Assembly: GCA_028534125.1 (NCBI GenBank)
Contig: CM052816.1
Coordinates: 24,988,001-25,052,000 of the forward strand
Direction: 5' to 3'
Source: Lama glama
Taxonomy: Eukaryota
DNA: 64,000 bases
Shown here: positions 51,513-63,071 of the stretch, one piece after another
How positions within the stretch are numbered: position 1 is the first letter of the stretch
How the letters are laid out: each line of letters opens with the position of its first letter
Notes under the pieces: model-generated
Told to the model about the DNA's origin: nothing
What the model saw: the letters and a program-made list of their open reading frames with translations, nothing else
Database searches by the model: none
Translations under genes and position numbers: made by a program

Positions 51513-53532
51513 TGTGCCACTTAGAATAATGACCAATGAGTTTACCCTTATCTTAATTCCTGGAACCTGTGTTATCTTTTACGTCAAAAGGACTTTATAG
51601 ATGTAATTAAGTATCTTGGGATGGCAAGGTTATCCTGGATTATCCATGTGGATCCTAAATGTAATCACAAGTATTCTTGTAAAAATAATACACAGGTAGA
51701 TTTGACTATAGTAAAGGAGAAGGCAGTGTAATTAAGCAGTGGAGAGACTGGAGTTATATGGGTAGGAGCCAAAGACTGCTGGGAGAGGCAAGAAATAGAT
51801 TCTCTCCTGAAGTCTCCAGAAGGAACCAGCCCCTGGTAACTCCTTGGTTTTTGCCCCATAAGACAAATTTTGGGCTTCTGGCCTGCAGAACTGTAAGAGA
51901 ATAAAGTTCTAATGTTTTAAGCCACTAAGCTTGTGGTAGTTTATTACAGTAGCAACAGGAAATAACAAATACAGGTTTTGATACCTAAAAGTAAGATGCT
52001 GCTTTAACAAATACCTAAAGATGTGAAAGTGACTTTGAAATTGGGTAATGGATAGGGCACATAAGAATTATAAGGAAAATGATAGAAAAAGCCTAGATTT
52101 CCTTGCATAGACTGTTAATGGAAATATGACATTTAAAAACACTGCCGAGAAGGCTCAAGGGAAAAGAGGAACATGTTATTAGAAACTGGAGGAAGGGCGA
52201 ACTTTGTTTTATAGGGGCAGACAGCATAGCTGAATTGTGTCCTGTACTTACATGGAGAGCAGAATGGGTAAGTAATGAATTTGGATATTTAGCTGAGGAT
52301 AATTCCAAGCAAAATGCTGAGGTGGTGCTTTGTTTCTTCTTGCTGTTTATAGTAAAATTTGAGAGAAAGAGATAAACTGAAGAAAGAACTGGGACCTAAG
52401 ACTTGATGATTAGGGAAATTCTTTGACTATGAAAGATGTGAAAATTAGAAGATTCACTGTCAGGTATGTGTGCTATGGAGAGAAGACCAAGGATGTGGTT
52501 GGACAACCTTTTGCTGAAGGGATTAGGTGCATGACTTACTGATCCCATCAGCATCTTCTCAGAAGCCAGGAATAAAAATGAGATTTTTCAGGAAAGCTCT
52601 CTGGAGGAGCCTCTGTCTAATGGAGTGACTCTCAAGGAGATATATATATATATATATGAATGACATATATATATAAAAAAGACTCATAGGTTTTTTTAGA
52701 ATATTTCATCAGCAGAAATTCTACCAGTTTTGACTAAAAGGGACAGATACAGGATAAAAAAGTGGTCATACTACCAAGTTCTGTGGGCATGAAACAGGCT
52801 GATAAACTACTCAGCTGAAAATATGTACTACTCTTTAAGGTAAAGGAAGAATTACTCCAAGGACAAAGCTTTGGGAAGAGGAAACAGCCTTGAGTTACTG
52901 ATCATTTCCAGGCTTGGTGACCTGTTGGAGTTGGGTTTTGAAATTGTATAGGACCAATAACTCCTTTCTTCCTTCTATTTTCTCCATCTTGGAATGTTTG
53001 TAATTGTTATCCTATGACTGCATCACCATTGTAATTGGGGACCAGTTCATTTGTTATCTAGTTTCACAGGTCCACATATGGAGTGGAATTTTGCCCAGGA
53101 ATAGATCATGAATGTCTCAAGCATGCTTAATTTAGATGATGAGATCTGGGACTTCTGAGTAATGATACTCAGTTATTTTAGTTGATTTTGGCCTTGAGTT
53201 GATACTGTAATGAGTTGATACAAATGTCCTCGAAAGGGGAAAACAAAGGGAAATTTGACTATAGTAGAGGAGAAGATGATATAACCTTGGAAGCAGAGAT
53301 GGGAGCCATGTTACCAGGGGGCAAGGAATGTGAGCAGCCTCTAAAAGTGGAAGAGGGAAGGAACATATTTTCCTTGGGATCCTCCAGAAGAAAGTAGCCT
53401 GCTGACTCCTTGATTTTTCATCCATTAAGACTTACTTTGAACTAATGATTTCTAGACCTCTCAGAGGATACTTTCTGTTGTTTTAAGCCACTAAGTTTGT
53501 GGTAATTTTAGTGGCAACAGAAAACTAATACA
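51513..53532 (+). mobile_element. MLT1 (MLT1C/D-like) MaLR provirus: 5' LTR 51513-51973, internal ~51974-53215, 5'-truncated 3' LTR ~53216-53532
   Basis: Both LTRs end with ttttaagccactaag(c/t)ttgtggta...gcaacag(g/a)aa...ataca and share atttgactatagta(a/g)aggagaag. The internal part starts with the MLT-int motif gctgctttaacaaatacctaaagatgtgaaagtgactttgaaattgggtaatgg. Flanks CTTAG (51508-51512) and CTCAG (53533-53537) form a 5-bp TSD with one mismatch. Confidence 0.92.
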
Positions 53533-53782
53533 CTCAGGCTATATCACCATTTGATAACTATATGATGAGTGAGTAAATGATGAATGAAAAAACTATTTGC
53601 CTTTATAAGCCTATGTAAATTCCAGAGCTATAGGATTTGAAATGGGATTCTAGTTTGGTTAGGAAAAACTATATATTAATAAAATCTATTTTAGTGAAGA
53701 AAATTCATTAAATTAACACACAAAATTGATGTAAAGATAGATTTAATATTGATATTAGAGACTTAACTAAAATTTTCTGGCA

Positions 53783-53843
53783 TCTTTAACATTAACCTCC
53801 TTTGATATGACTATTACATATCAAAGAAAATTAATGTCAAGGA
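53783..53843. other. Imperfect inverted repeat / hairpin (27-bp stem, 7-nt loop) with inverted TCF/LEF motifs
   Basis: TCTTTAACATTAACCTCCTTTGATATG-ACTATTA-CATATCAAAGAAAATTAATGTCAAGGA. Pairing checked by hand. Confidence 0.8.
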
Positions 53844-55854
53844 GTCACTTGTTACAACCTTTTCCCTCAATTAATTACGATGCTTAGTTTTTAATCTTAT
53901 CAATCAACTTTGGTGATACAGAATTTAATTTTGAAATTTTACATGGATATAGGCTTCCAATAGATGGAGTAAAAAGGTATAATTTCACTACAAATGTTGG
54001 AGGACTCCTATTCTCAGTGCCAAGTGGATTGTGGTAAGAAATAAATCTTCGCAATGCCTCGGTATTTGTTCCTTGGGCTTTAGTAGCATGAAATTCTTGT
54101 GTCAATTCCAGTAACATTAAAGAGACACACATATGAACATGGTACCAGTGGATGCTCTAGGACTATCCATAGAGTTTTGAAAATCAGAAACAATGGTAAT
54201 TTCTTATGAGAACTAACTCTATATAAGTCTTTGCTAAGGTATTTAACATGGACTGAATAATAAAAAAGCTGTCAGGAGGAAAAAGTAACATCAAAGGAAC
54301 AGAGTTTTTTTAGCTAAACCCCAGCAGAAAACACACTATCTTGCTCCCTACATTATGCTAGTGAAATTGGGCTAATCCTAGTTTCTTTAAAATGATTTAC
54401 AGCTTTGTTTAAATCTTATTTTAATTTTTGTGCATATAACCCAGAAATTTTCATCAGTATGCCTACATAGATAACTTCAAGCAGCTGGGAATAAATTTTG
54501 CTCACTGAGGGGTGCTGAATTTTTCTGTAATACCTATTATTTTATAAACCTGTTATAAACCTTTATCATGTTATTTGGCCTTGTTATTTTTCTAAAATTG
54601 TTTCTATGGCTTTAGTATCCTGTTGTGGATGAAGATATGAGCAATAATTAAATCTTGAAAACCTTTTAAGAAAGTTATCTACCTTTGGACTTCTCTGCGC
54701 CAGGCAAAAATTGGGAGATCATGGTGATACTAAATCACAATTCTTTTCACTAACGTAGAAGCAGAGAGTCCTGGTCTTTTACCAAACATAAAAAGCAAGT
54801 GATCATGATTTCTAAACTGAAAAAAAAATTAAGTAAACATTTTGCACATGTAATATTGTATTAAACTTTATTGAGGGAGAAAAAAGTCCTGGCACAACTT
54901 GCTAGAGAATATTGATCATGTCTTATTAAGAACTTCTATTTTTCTGAGAATAATGTTTTATTATAACATGATACCTTAGTCTCAGGATTCCTCCAAAATA
55001 GTTTTGTCTGTGAGTCTCTGATAACAGCCTGCAGATAGGATCATACGCATGGACACATACATGTCAGAGGAAATGCAAGGATAAGGCAAAGATGGAAAAG
55101 AAATATGTTTTTATAGTGGTGGCAGTATTGCTTAGTTGATTTACTTTTTTTCTCCCTTTACCTCATACTCAAAAAGTGATGCAAATTTCTTACGGATTAT
55201 AGCTATTAAAATAAGTTGAATATGATAAACTGTCATTTGTAGTTGAGAAATATACGCTTGTTGATTTCACGGTGTTCTAATGTCAGTGTGAAGGATTCTA
55301 AACATTCCAGAGGAAGAGACTGATCCTAGTGGACAATCAGAACCAAAGCACACAATATAAGGAGTGTGTATGTGAACATTGTTTCTCTATATTGTCCATA
55401 GTTATATTTAGATTAGTGTGTTTTGATCCTCAGTTTAGTTAGAGAATAGTTCTTTTGGTGGTGACATGAAACTCCTCAAGAAGAGGTATGATAAATGTTG
55501 CATCTTTATAAATTAATGAAATATTTATTTTAAAAGGTTTGGTGATAATTGTCATATTTTTCTATACCTACAATTCTGTGAATTCCTGTGCTTGCCCAAG
55601 CTATTATTACTTCCCTTGTTCTTACCCCCCGAGATGATTTTTACAAATGACTGCAAGGCCTTTATGTAAACAAAACCTTTCTCATTTGGTTTGAACTCTG
55701 TCATTTGAAGCTGTTATCACAAGTTTTATTTGGCAGAGAATTAACTGATTCTGTTTCATTGCTGTAGACTGAAACTAGCCCCAGTTAGCATTTTACAAAT
55801 GATTAAGTGCAGAATAAATAAAAATTCATGAAAAGCACTACCAATATTGGAAAT

Positions 55855-56040
55855 AATGATGACTACTATTGTTTGAGCACCTATTATGGGCCACGTACTG
55901 TCCTAGACATCTTACATATACCATATAATCTTTTCCAAATGGAGATTACTTATATTTTGTACATAAGACTCAGAGAGGTTAAGTCACTTTCTTAAAGGCA
56001 TACATACATTCAGTAGGCAGGCCTCCAAATCCTATGATTT
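55855..56040 (-). mobile_element. MIR SINE fragment
   Basis: ttgtttgagcacctattatgggccacgtactgtcctagacatcttacata ... gactcagagaggttaagtcacttt. Confidence 0.75.
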
Positions 56041-56669
56041 TTTTTTTATTAAAGGAAGCTTGAACTAGAAATACTCATAGAACAATATTGTTGAATCAGC
56101 AGCAGCATCTTCATATGTGAGATCATATGTTGCTACAGATACATGTTTAAATCAATGTTTGTTGAATAAATAAATGACATCATTATTGAAATAGTATAAA
56201 TGTAGCTTTGATGCCTGGTCTTTTACCCTTCAAAACCTGTGTTGAAATGAAAGGGGGAGAAAAAATAAGTGAATGAAGTGCTCAACATATTTATGGTGTA
56301 ATTTATATGTGCACAGTGCATAAATTAATCAAGGGGGTATAGGCTTTGTCTTTAACACAAGGCACAAGGACATGAAACAAATATATAATGATAAAGCCAT
56401 AATTTATGTCAAAATACATTATAAATATAAGTTCACAGAAGAGTAGACAAAATAAAAATGAAGTGGATTGAAACCATTAGGAAAAGACTTATGGAGTTGC
56501 TTGATTTGAGTTCAGCCTTGAAAGGTGAGAGGATTTGGCCATACATAGATCAGAAAGACTGTTTCAAGCAACTGGAAAGGCATTAAAAAAAAAAAACTAC
56601 TGAAAAAATGATTTGGTATGGCTGTGATATATTTCATGGCTGTTGGGAAATATTCCTCTTCCTTTATTT

Positions 56670-56983
56670 TGTGGTAGGGTTATATTACTTCTGCCCTGCT
56701 GATGTTAGGCTTGGCTGTGTGATTTATTTTGGCCAATGGAATATGACATGTGTGGTATTAGTCCTACCTGAGCAAAATTTTTAAATGTGACTGGTTTAGT
56801 TTGACATCTGGCTCTTCTCTGAAATAATAGGTAAATTGCTTATTTGACCCCTAGAGCAAAACCAACAGTCAAGCTGCAGTTTGTATGTAATTCAAGGAAG
56901 TAATAAACATTTGTTGTTTTAAGCCACTGAAATTTTGAGGCAATTCCTTATGCGACATTTCCTCTTGAAATCTGACAAATATA
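56670..56983 (+). mobile_element. MLT1 (MLT1H/I-like) solo LTR
   Basis: tgtggtaggg ... gatgttaggcttggctgtgtgatttattttggccaatggaatatg ... aataaacatttgttgttttaagccactgaaattttgagg. Confidence 0.8.
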
Positions 56984-57587
56984 CTGACATTTGAGGGTGG
57001 CCTATAAGGAATCATGCCTGAAGAAGAAGGTTTATACTAGCGTTTAAAGTTAAATAAAATAATGAAGTTATAAGTTAATGATTTGGCCTTGATTTTGTAG
57101 TACCTTGAATTGGTTGTCAATCTTGCTATCTATTCTTGTGATTTTAAAAAATAGTGTTGATTCCATGTGACGGTATTGTCAACAAGACTCATTTTTTTCT
57201 CTGACAGTTTTGTTATAGCTAGAAATGAATGGTTTAGTGAATAGATCCTTTGACTTTACTTCTCCTTTCCTGCGCAATACCTACCCTCCCTCATTAATCA
57301 CCTCTTATTTGGGCTGTCACTGTGAATTTCATGGTTTTAAGAATTCTCGTATTAAGATAAGAGCAAATTGGACTGGTGTGTTATTGGACTGGAATTTTTA
57401 TGGTTTTTGTATGCTTCCCTGTTAAAAGGCTGCCAACAACTGGCAGACATATTTAATCTTAAGGACTTTCTCTTTTTGATCTAGATATTATTTCTTTAAA
57501 AAGATATTCAGATGTTTAGGTAGCATACTGAATGAATGTCAATGTCTATCTAATCTTGTTAATTAACTTGATATACCCCTATAATAA

Positions 57588-57718
57588 TGGGGTGATCATG
57601 TAATTTGTTGTCCAAATAGGCATGCTTTTGAGAACAAGATAGAGCACTACTAATCCTTGTGCTGAGACAACAGACATAAACTGAAGCTATTTGGGCAAAT
57701 CTGTCAGTGATTATCCAG
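57588..57718 (+). mobile_element. MER94-like hAT-Blackjack MITE
   Basis: ggggtgatcatgtaatttgttgtccaaataggcatgcttttgagaac ... gagacaacagacataaactgaagctatttgggcaaa resembles the recalled MER94 consensus. Confidence 0.7.
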
Positions 57719-58218
57719 TATATGAAAGAAATGAACTCTCAAATTCATCACTGTTCTATCTCTGTTTCCTGGAAAAAGGAAGGAGGACATGACCACTGAC
57801 ACTGCCCCTTTTCTATCAATCATCGATTATGCACAGATTTTTTTATTTTAAAGAATTTAAGTGTTTTTTCACCAGTATTTTCTCCCCATTCTCTAATGTG
57901 AAATGTAATCAAAGCAGTGTTATTACCAGTGCTGAGAAAACTGTCATTGTAAAACGTTTAAACTGCCTTTAGTTTGATATGTGCTTCAAAATAGGATATT
58001 TGCAGTGAAATGAAAATTATTTAAGAAATTCTTAATATGAGCTCTTCAAAGTCAGTGACCATGTAACTTTTTATGTTGTTTATCCCCAAGTCCTAGCATA
58101 ATTCTGAGCACAGATTAAAGGTTCAAAAAGACTTGTTAAATCAGTGAAGAAATTAAAGAATAAATCTAACTCCACGTGAAATATATCAGTAAAGATTAAA
58201 GATTGAGATTATTTTCAG

Positions 58219-58319
58219 GTCTATTCAGAGAACTAATGGAAAACTTTCTGGTGATAAAGAAATATGCACATGACTTTGAAAGTTTGAAACAGTGTAATAC
58301 ACATAAAAAGCTGAAAAAG
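58219..58319 (+). pseudogene. Candidate exon (101 nt, phase 1 to 0), open frame
   Basis: attattttcag|GT acceptor and AAG|gtgtgg donor. Reads LFRELMENFLVIKKYAHDFESLKQCNTHKKLKK. Confidence 0.25.
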
Positions 58320-58689
58320 GTGTGGAAGTAGTGAATAAATATTGAGAAGTCACGAAATTTCAAATTTCACTGCACACTGAAGAAGTTATTTAGGGCCAAT
58401 GATCTGTTTTTCAGAAATGGCAATTTGGTGAATTCTATAAATGAAATTATCTACATGTCATGAAAAGAAAAATACTTACGTTTGTATATTCTTCATTTTA
58501 AATTATTATCAGTAATTTCTATTTTAAAAATACTTTTGGAATCTACTTAAATTATGTAATTCTCTTTCTCTGATAAAAAAATGATTGCATTTGCTTAGTC
58601 TAATAATGGATGTCAGAATTCATGAGAAATACTGATTCTAAGTTTAATCCTTTAAAGCACAAACATACAGAAAGAAACTGTAAGAAATG

Positions 58690-61480
58690 AATGTCATATA
58701 GCCATAGAAGTATATGAGTATATATATTGGCAGTTCTAAGATCAGAAATACTTTCTATATCAATTAAGTGTAAATGACCTAAATTCCTCTATTAAAAGAA
58801 AGCTTGGTGGAAAAGCTAAGACATACATCATACATACATACTATTATATACATACACAAATATATAGGTACACATATATACATGTGCACAAATAAATGAT
58901 TCATCTCAAAGTAACTCAGAAATACAAAAGTAAAAATATATGCATAGGTATCCTATGAATGTTTAAAGACTAGAATTAGAATCAGAACAGATATCTAATT
59001 TGAAAAGTCAGAGCAAATAACATTAAACTAGAAAATGGGTACTTTGTAATAATAAAGGGAAGACAGAGCAAACCTTTTCATTATAAATATCTTTGTACCA
59101 AAAAACAATTTATGAAAATTTGTAAATTGAAAAGAACAAAAATAGAAACCCATAATGAGTAACATTTTAATTTATCTCTTTCAATCCTATAAAATAAGTG
59201 GATAAAAGACAAGTAAATAGAGAAAACCTTAATAATATAAACGAACATAGTGCATCTAAGTGACATGCACTGAACCTTGTATCTTAAAAACATTCTTTTC
59301 AAAAGTTCATAGAACATTTTAAAAACAACTGTTTTGTTCTGTACATTTATCAAGACACAAAAGTGCAGTAAATTTTTATAAGTAGACAATACAGGTAACA
59401 TTGGTTAATTAAAGTGAAATAAAACTTAAAATTGAAAATTATATTAGTTATATATTTCTACATAAAATATTCCCACAAACTTACTTGCTTAAAGTACACA
59501 CATACATTATCTCACAGTTTTAACTGAATCCTCTGCAATGTTGGAATATCATCTGAAGTTCAACCAGAGAAGCAATAGCTTCTAAACTTACATGGTTGTT
59601 GGCAGAATTTTGTTCCTTAAGACATGTTGCTACACATCAGAAACTGAAGCAATTCTGTGGAGTTCTTTTATTTTTAGCATTAAAAACATCGTAGAGACTG
59701 GTTACAAGATAAATATACAAAACCTGCTATTTACTTTTTATTCTTGTAATTAGTCTACAGAAACATGAATTTAAAATATTTTATATGTAATAATACCAAA
59801 ATATACAATTTATTGTGATGAATTTGGCAAGAAGATCATGGAGTTTTTATGATTAAAACCGTGACATGTGTTGAAGAACATTAAAACAAGATCTGAACAA
59901 ATGAACATTCATAACCCACTTTTTAATGGAAAGACACAATGTAAGATTTAACTCTCCCAGAATTAACACACAAATTTCAGGTAATTCTAACTAAAATCTA
60001 AAATTTTTATAGCTAGATACAATTATAAGGTATATTTAAAATGATGTGTACCCAAGAAGAGCCTGATATTAACATAAATGTGGTATGGGAAAATGAATAG
60101 ATACATAATTCAGCTAAACAAAACAGCAAATTAAAGCATATATCCCAATATAAGCAAATTAATATGTCACAAAGTTGTAATAAAATTGTTTTAGTATGTA
60201 AAAATACATGAAGTACCATGTTTGTGCCATCATTGTTTACAAAGGTAAAAATCTGGAAACAAAGTAAATGTTTCCAGTAGAGGAATGATTGAATAATATA
60301 TATCTTATATAGCAAATAACAATATAAATTAAAGCTAGGTGATTTATCTTAGAGTTGTAAAATTATGTATGAAAAGCAAAACATAGGAATAATAGTATGA
60401 TAACATTTTTACAAAAATGTCAGAAAATATATACATATATCTGAGCACATGTTCAGGTATATATATATTCTGTATAAGACTGTATGAAGATGATGAAAAA
60501 TAAGGAAGGACATATAAATTGTTGGCAGGACCTGTCTGAGGCTGAGTTGAGCATGGCTGATGTAAATGGTTAAAGAAATGAGCACTGGAAGCAGTAATTT
60601 TTATTTCTATATTGAGTAGAAAAAAATGAAATTCAAGTTAAAACTAAAAAGAGATACTTCTTTGACCTTTTAGATTAACAAAGATCGGGATATTTGAAAA
60701 TACATCTGTTATAGAGTTTGGGAAAATAAACACTCTTTTCTTAAAAAATTTTTATTTAATTTTTTTGGGGGGAGGTAATTAGTTTTACTAATTTATTTAT
60801 TCTTAGAAGAGGTACTGGGGGTTGAACCCAGAACCTTGTGTATGCTAAGCATGCACTCTACCGCTTGAGCTACACCCTCCCCCCTGAAATAAACACTCTT
60901 ATATGCTAATACTGTGAGTCAAATTTGACACATCCTCTATAATTCTATGAAAAGCATTTCACAATAACTATCAAAATATATAATGAATATATTCTTTTAC
61001 CTAGCAGATTTGCTTGTAGGAGTTTATCTTACAGATTTACTCATACATGTGTAAAATGTAGAAGAATATTAATGTCAACAATGATAGTATCAGCAAATGA
61101 CTAGAAATAAGCTAAATGAACAACAATGGAGGATTAATTATATGAGTCATGACACACTCATGCAATACAATACTTTGCAGCTATTCAGCAGAATAAGGCA
61201 TTTCCATTTGCTCTGGAGTAATTGTCAAAATATATTGTTAAATAGGAAATGTAAGGTACAGGAAAATGTATATAGATTTCTGACATTTATGTTTTAAAGG
61301 AAGAGTGTGTGTAGTTTACATGTATAAATCACCTCTGGAAACAGACACATTAGAGATAGTGGGTTGTCTCTAGATAGGGCGATGGAATGGCTGAGAGTTT
61401 GAATTGAACCGATTCCCATTTGTTTCTTTTGAATTTTGTACCTTATGTCTGTGTTAATTATTTAAACTAAAATACTTAAA
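58690..61480 (+). mobile_element. Cluster of highly degenerate old L1 fragments (ORF2 EN region to 3' UTR), interrupted by an MLT-like piece (~59455-59640) and the Vic-1 SINE
   Basis: aagtgtaaatgacctaaattcctctattaaaaga (ORF2 N-terminus); ggttacaagataaatatacaaaa; ctcttatatgctaatactgtgagtcaaatttgaca; ttttgaattttgtacc (old 3' end). Confidence 0.65.
60738..60886 (-). mobile_element. Vic-1-type tRNA-derived SINE (camelid) with 14-bp TSD
   Basis: Minus strand GGGGAGGGTGTAGCTCAAGCGGTAGAGTGCATGCTTAGCATACACAAGGTTCTGGGTTCAACCCCCAGTACCTC has A-box and B-box motifs and an A-rich tail. AAATAAACACTCTT occurs at 60724-60737 and 60887-60900. Confidence 0.93.
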
Positions 61481-62299
61481 AAACTATTCTTGTTGAATTA
61501 TACAGAAAGAACAAACATAAGTTTCAGGGAGACTCTATTACATTAGTAAATTGACATGATCATCTAATATTTCTGTGTAATTTCTATTTATAAAATTTAT
61601 TCCTCACTACAAAACTTAGAACATTTCATGAAAAAAAAGCTCATTTATTTCAAAAAATACCTTGGAAGCCATTTGAAGTTAAAAGCATTCTTTGAATCAG
61701 AACTAAAATAGAAAAGACTACCAGTATATTGAAATGATTAAAAGAAGTGTAATAATGGATTTCCTGGCGTTCACAGGAGTATGTGCTTGGTTGGACGATT
61801 TTAACTGAGACTGAAGTAGAAAAAGATGTAATTCTAAAAGCTGGTGTTTAGCCTCAGCTTTCTCTCACTAAGCCAGAAAACCCATGGAATTAGCCCCTCG
61901 GTATCCACAAATAAATGGCAAAACAAACACATTTGGTAAAGATTTTAGTGTAAAACATTTTAGTGAAAGAAGTAAAGGTTTTTGTTATAAAATTATGAGT
62001 TGCTTTCTGAAATGCAGCTTGATGTCTAAAATTCCATAATTCTCCGGTTAATACTCTCTGTTTTATTTTTCTTCTCTTTACATTGTGTTTAGATTCAAGA
62101 CAATCATAGTTTGTATATATTAATTTTCTAATAAGATGATAAATATGCACCTCTCAGGACTATTTATATAAATTACATTTACTAATTTGATATTTAACAT
62201 TGTATTACCAAATATCCTTTGAAATGCCAACTAAATTTTAAGGTTTTTCACTTCTAAATTCTTAATGATTAAAATTTCCAACATTAATAAACTGTTTCT

Positions 62300-63071
62300 T
62301 CTTTATTGAAAAATAGTTGATTTACAATGTTCTGTTAGTTTCTGGTGCACAGCATAGTAAATCAGTTATATATATATATATATTTATATTCTTTTTCAAA
62401 TTCTTTTCTTTTATAGGTAATTACAAGCTATTGAATATAGTTCCCTGTACAATGCAGTAGGACTTTGTTGTTTATCTATTCTGTACATAGCAGTTTGTAT
62501 CTGCTAGTCCAAAACTCCTAATTTATCCTTCCACTGCCCTTTCCCCTTTGGTAACCATAAGCTTGTTTTCTATGTCTGTGAGTCTGTGTCTGTTTTGTAA
62601 ATAAGTTTATTTGTATCAATTTTTCTAGATTCCACATTTAAGTGATATGTGATATTTGTCTTTCTCTGTCTGATTTACTTCACTTAGTATGATAATCTCT
62701 ATGTTCATCCATGTTGCTGCAAATGACATTATTTTATTCTTTTTATGGCTGAGTGATATTCCATTGTGTGTGTGTGTGTGTGTGTGTGTGTGATTACTAT
62801 AACTTCTTCATCCCATCATCTGTTGATGGTTGCTTCCATGTCTTGGCTATTGTATATAGTGCTGCTATGAACACTGGGGTGCATGTATCTTTTTGAATTA
62901 GAATTTTCTCTGTATATATCCTCAGGAGTGGGATTGCTGGATCATATGGTAACTCTATTTTTAGTTTTTTAAGGAACTTCCATACTGTTTTCCATAGTTG
63001 CTGCACTAAATTACTTTCCCACCAGCAATGTAGGAGGGTTCCCATTTCTTCATATCCTCTCTAGCATTTAT
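62300..63071 (-). mobile_element. 5'-truncated L1 (artiodactyl-type 3' UTR and ORF2 C-terminus)
   Basis: ORF 62797-63045 ([40 protein letters not shown]...CTPVFIAALYTIAKTWKQP) is the L1 ORF2 C-terminus. The 3' UTR starts tttattgaaaaatagttgatttacaatgt. Confidence 0.95.
62765..62792 (+). repeat. (TG)14 microsatellite inside L1
   Basis: Perfect TG run seen directly. Confidence 0.95.

Noticed and set aside
60812..60884. tRNA-like sequence with A and B boxes
   Set aside because: It has an A-rich tail and a 14-bp TSD, so it is the head of a SINE rather than a tRNA gene.
62797..63045. 82-aa ORF with clear protein similarity
   Set aside because: It is the C-terminus of L1 ORF2p in a truncated copy, not a host gene.
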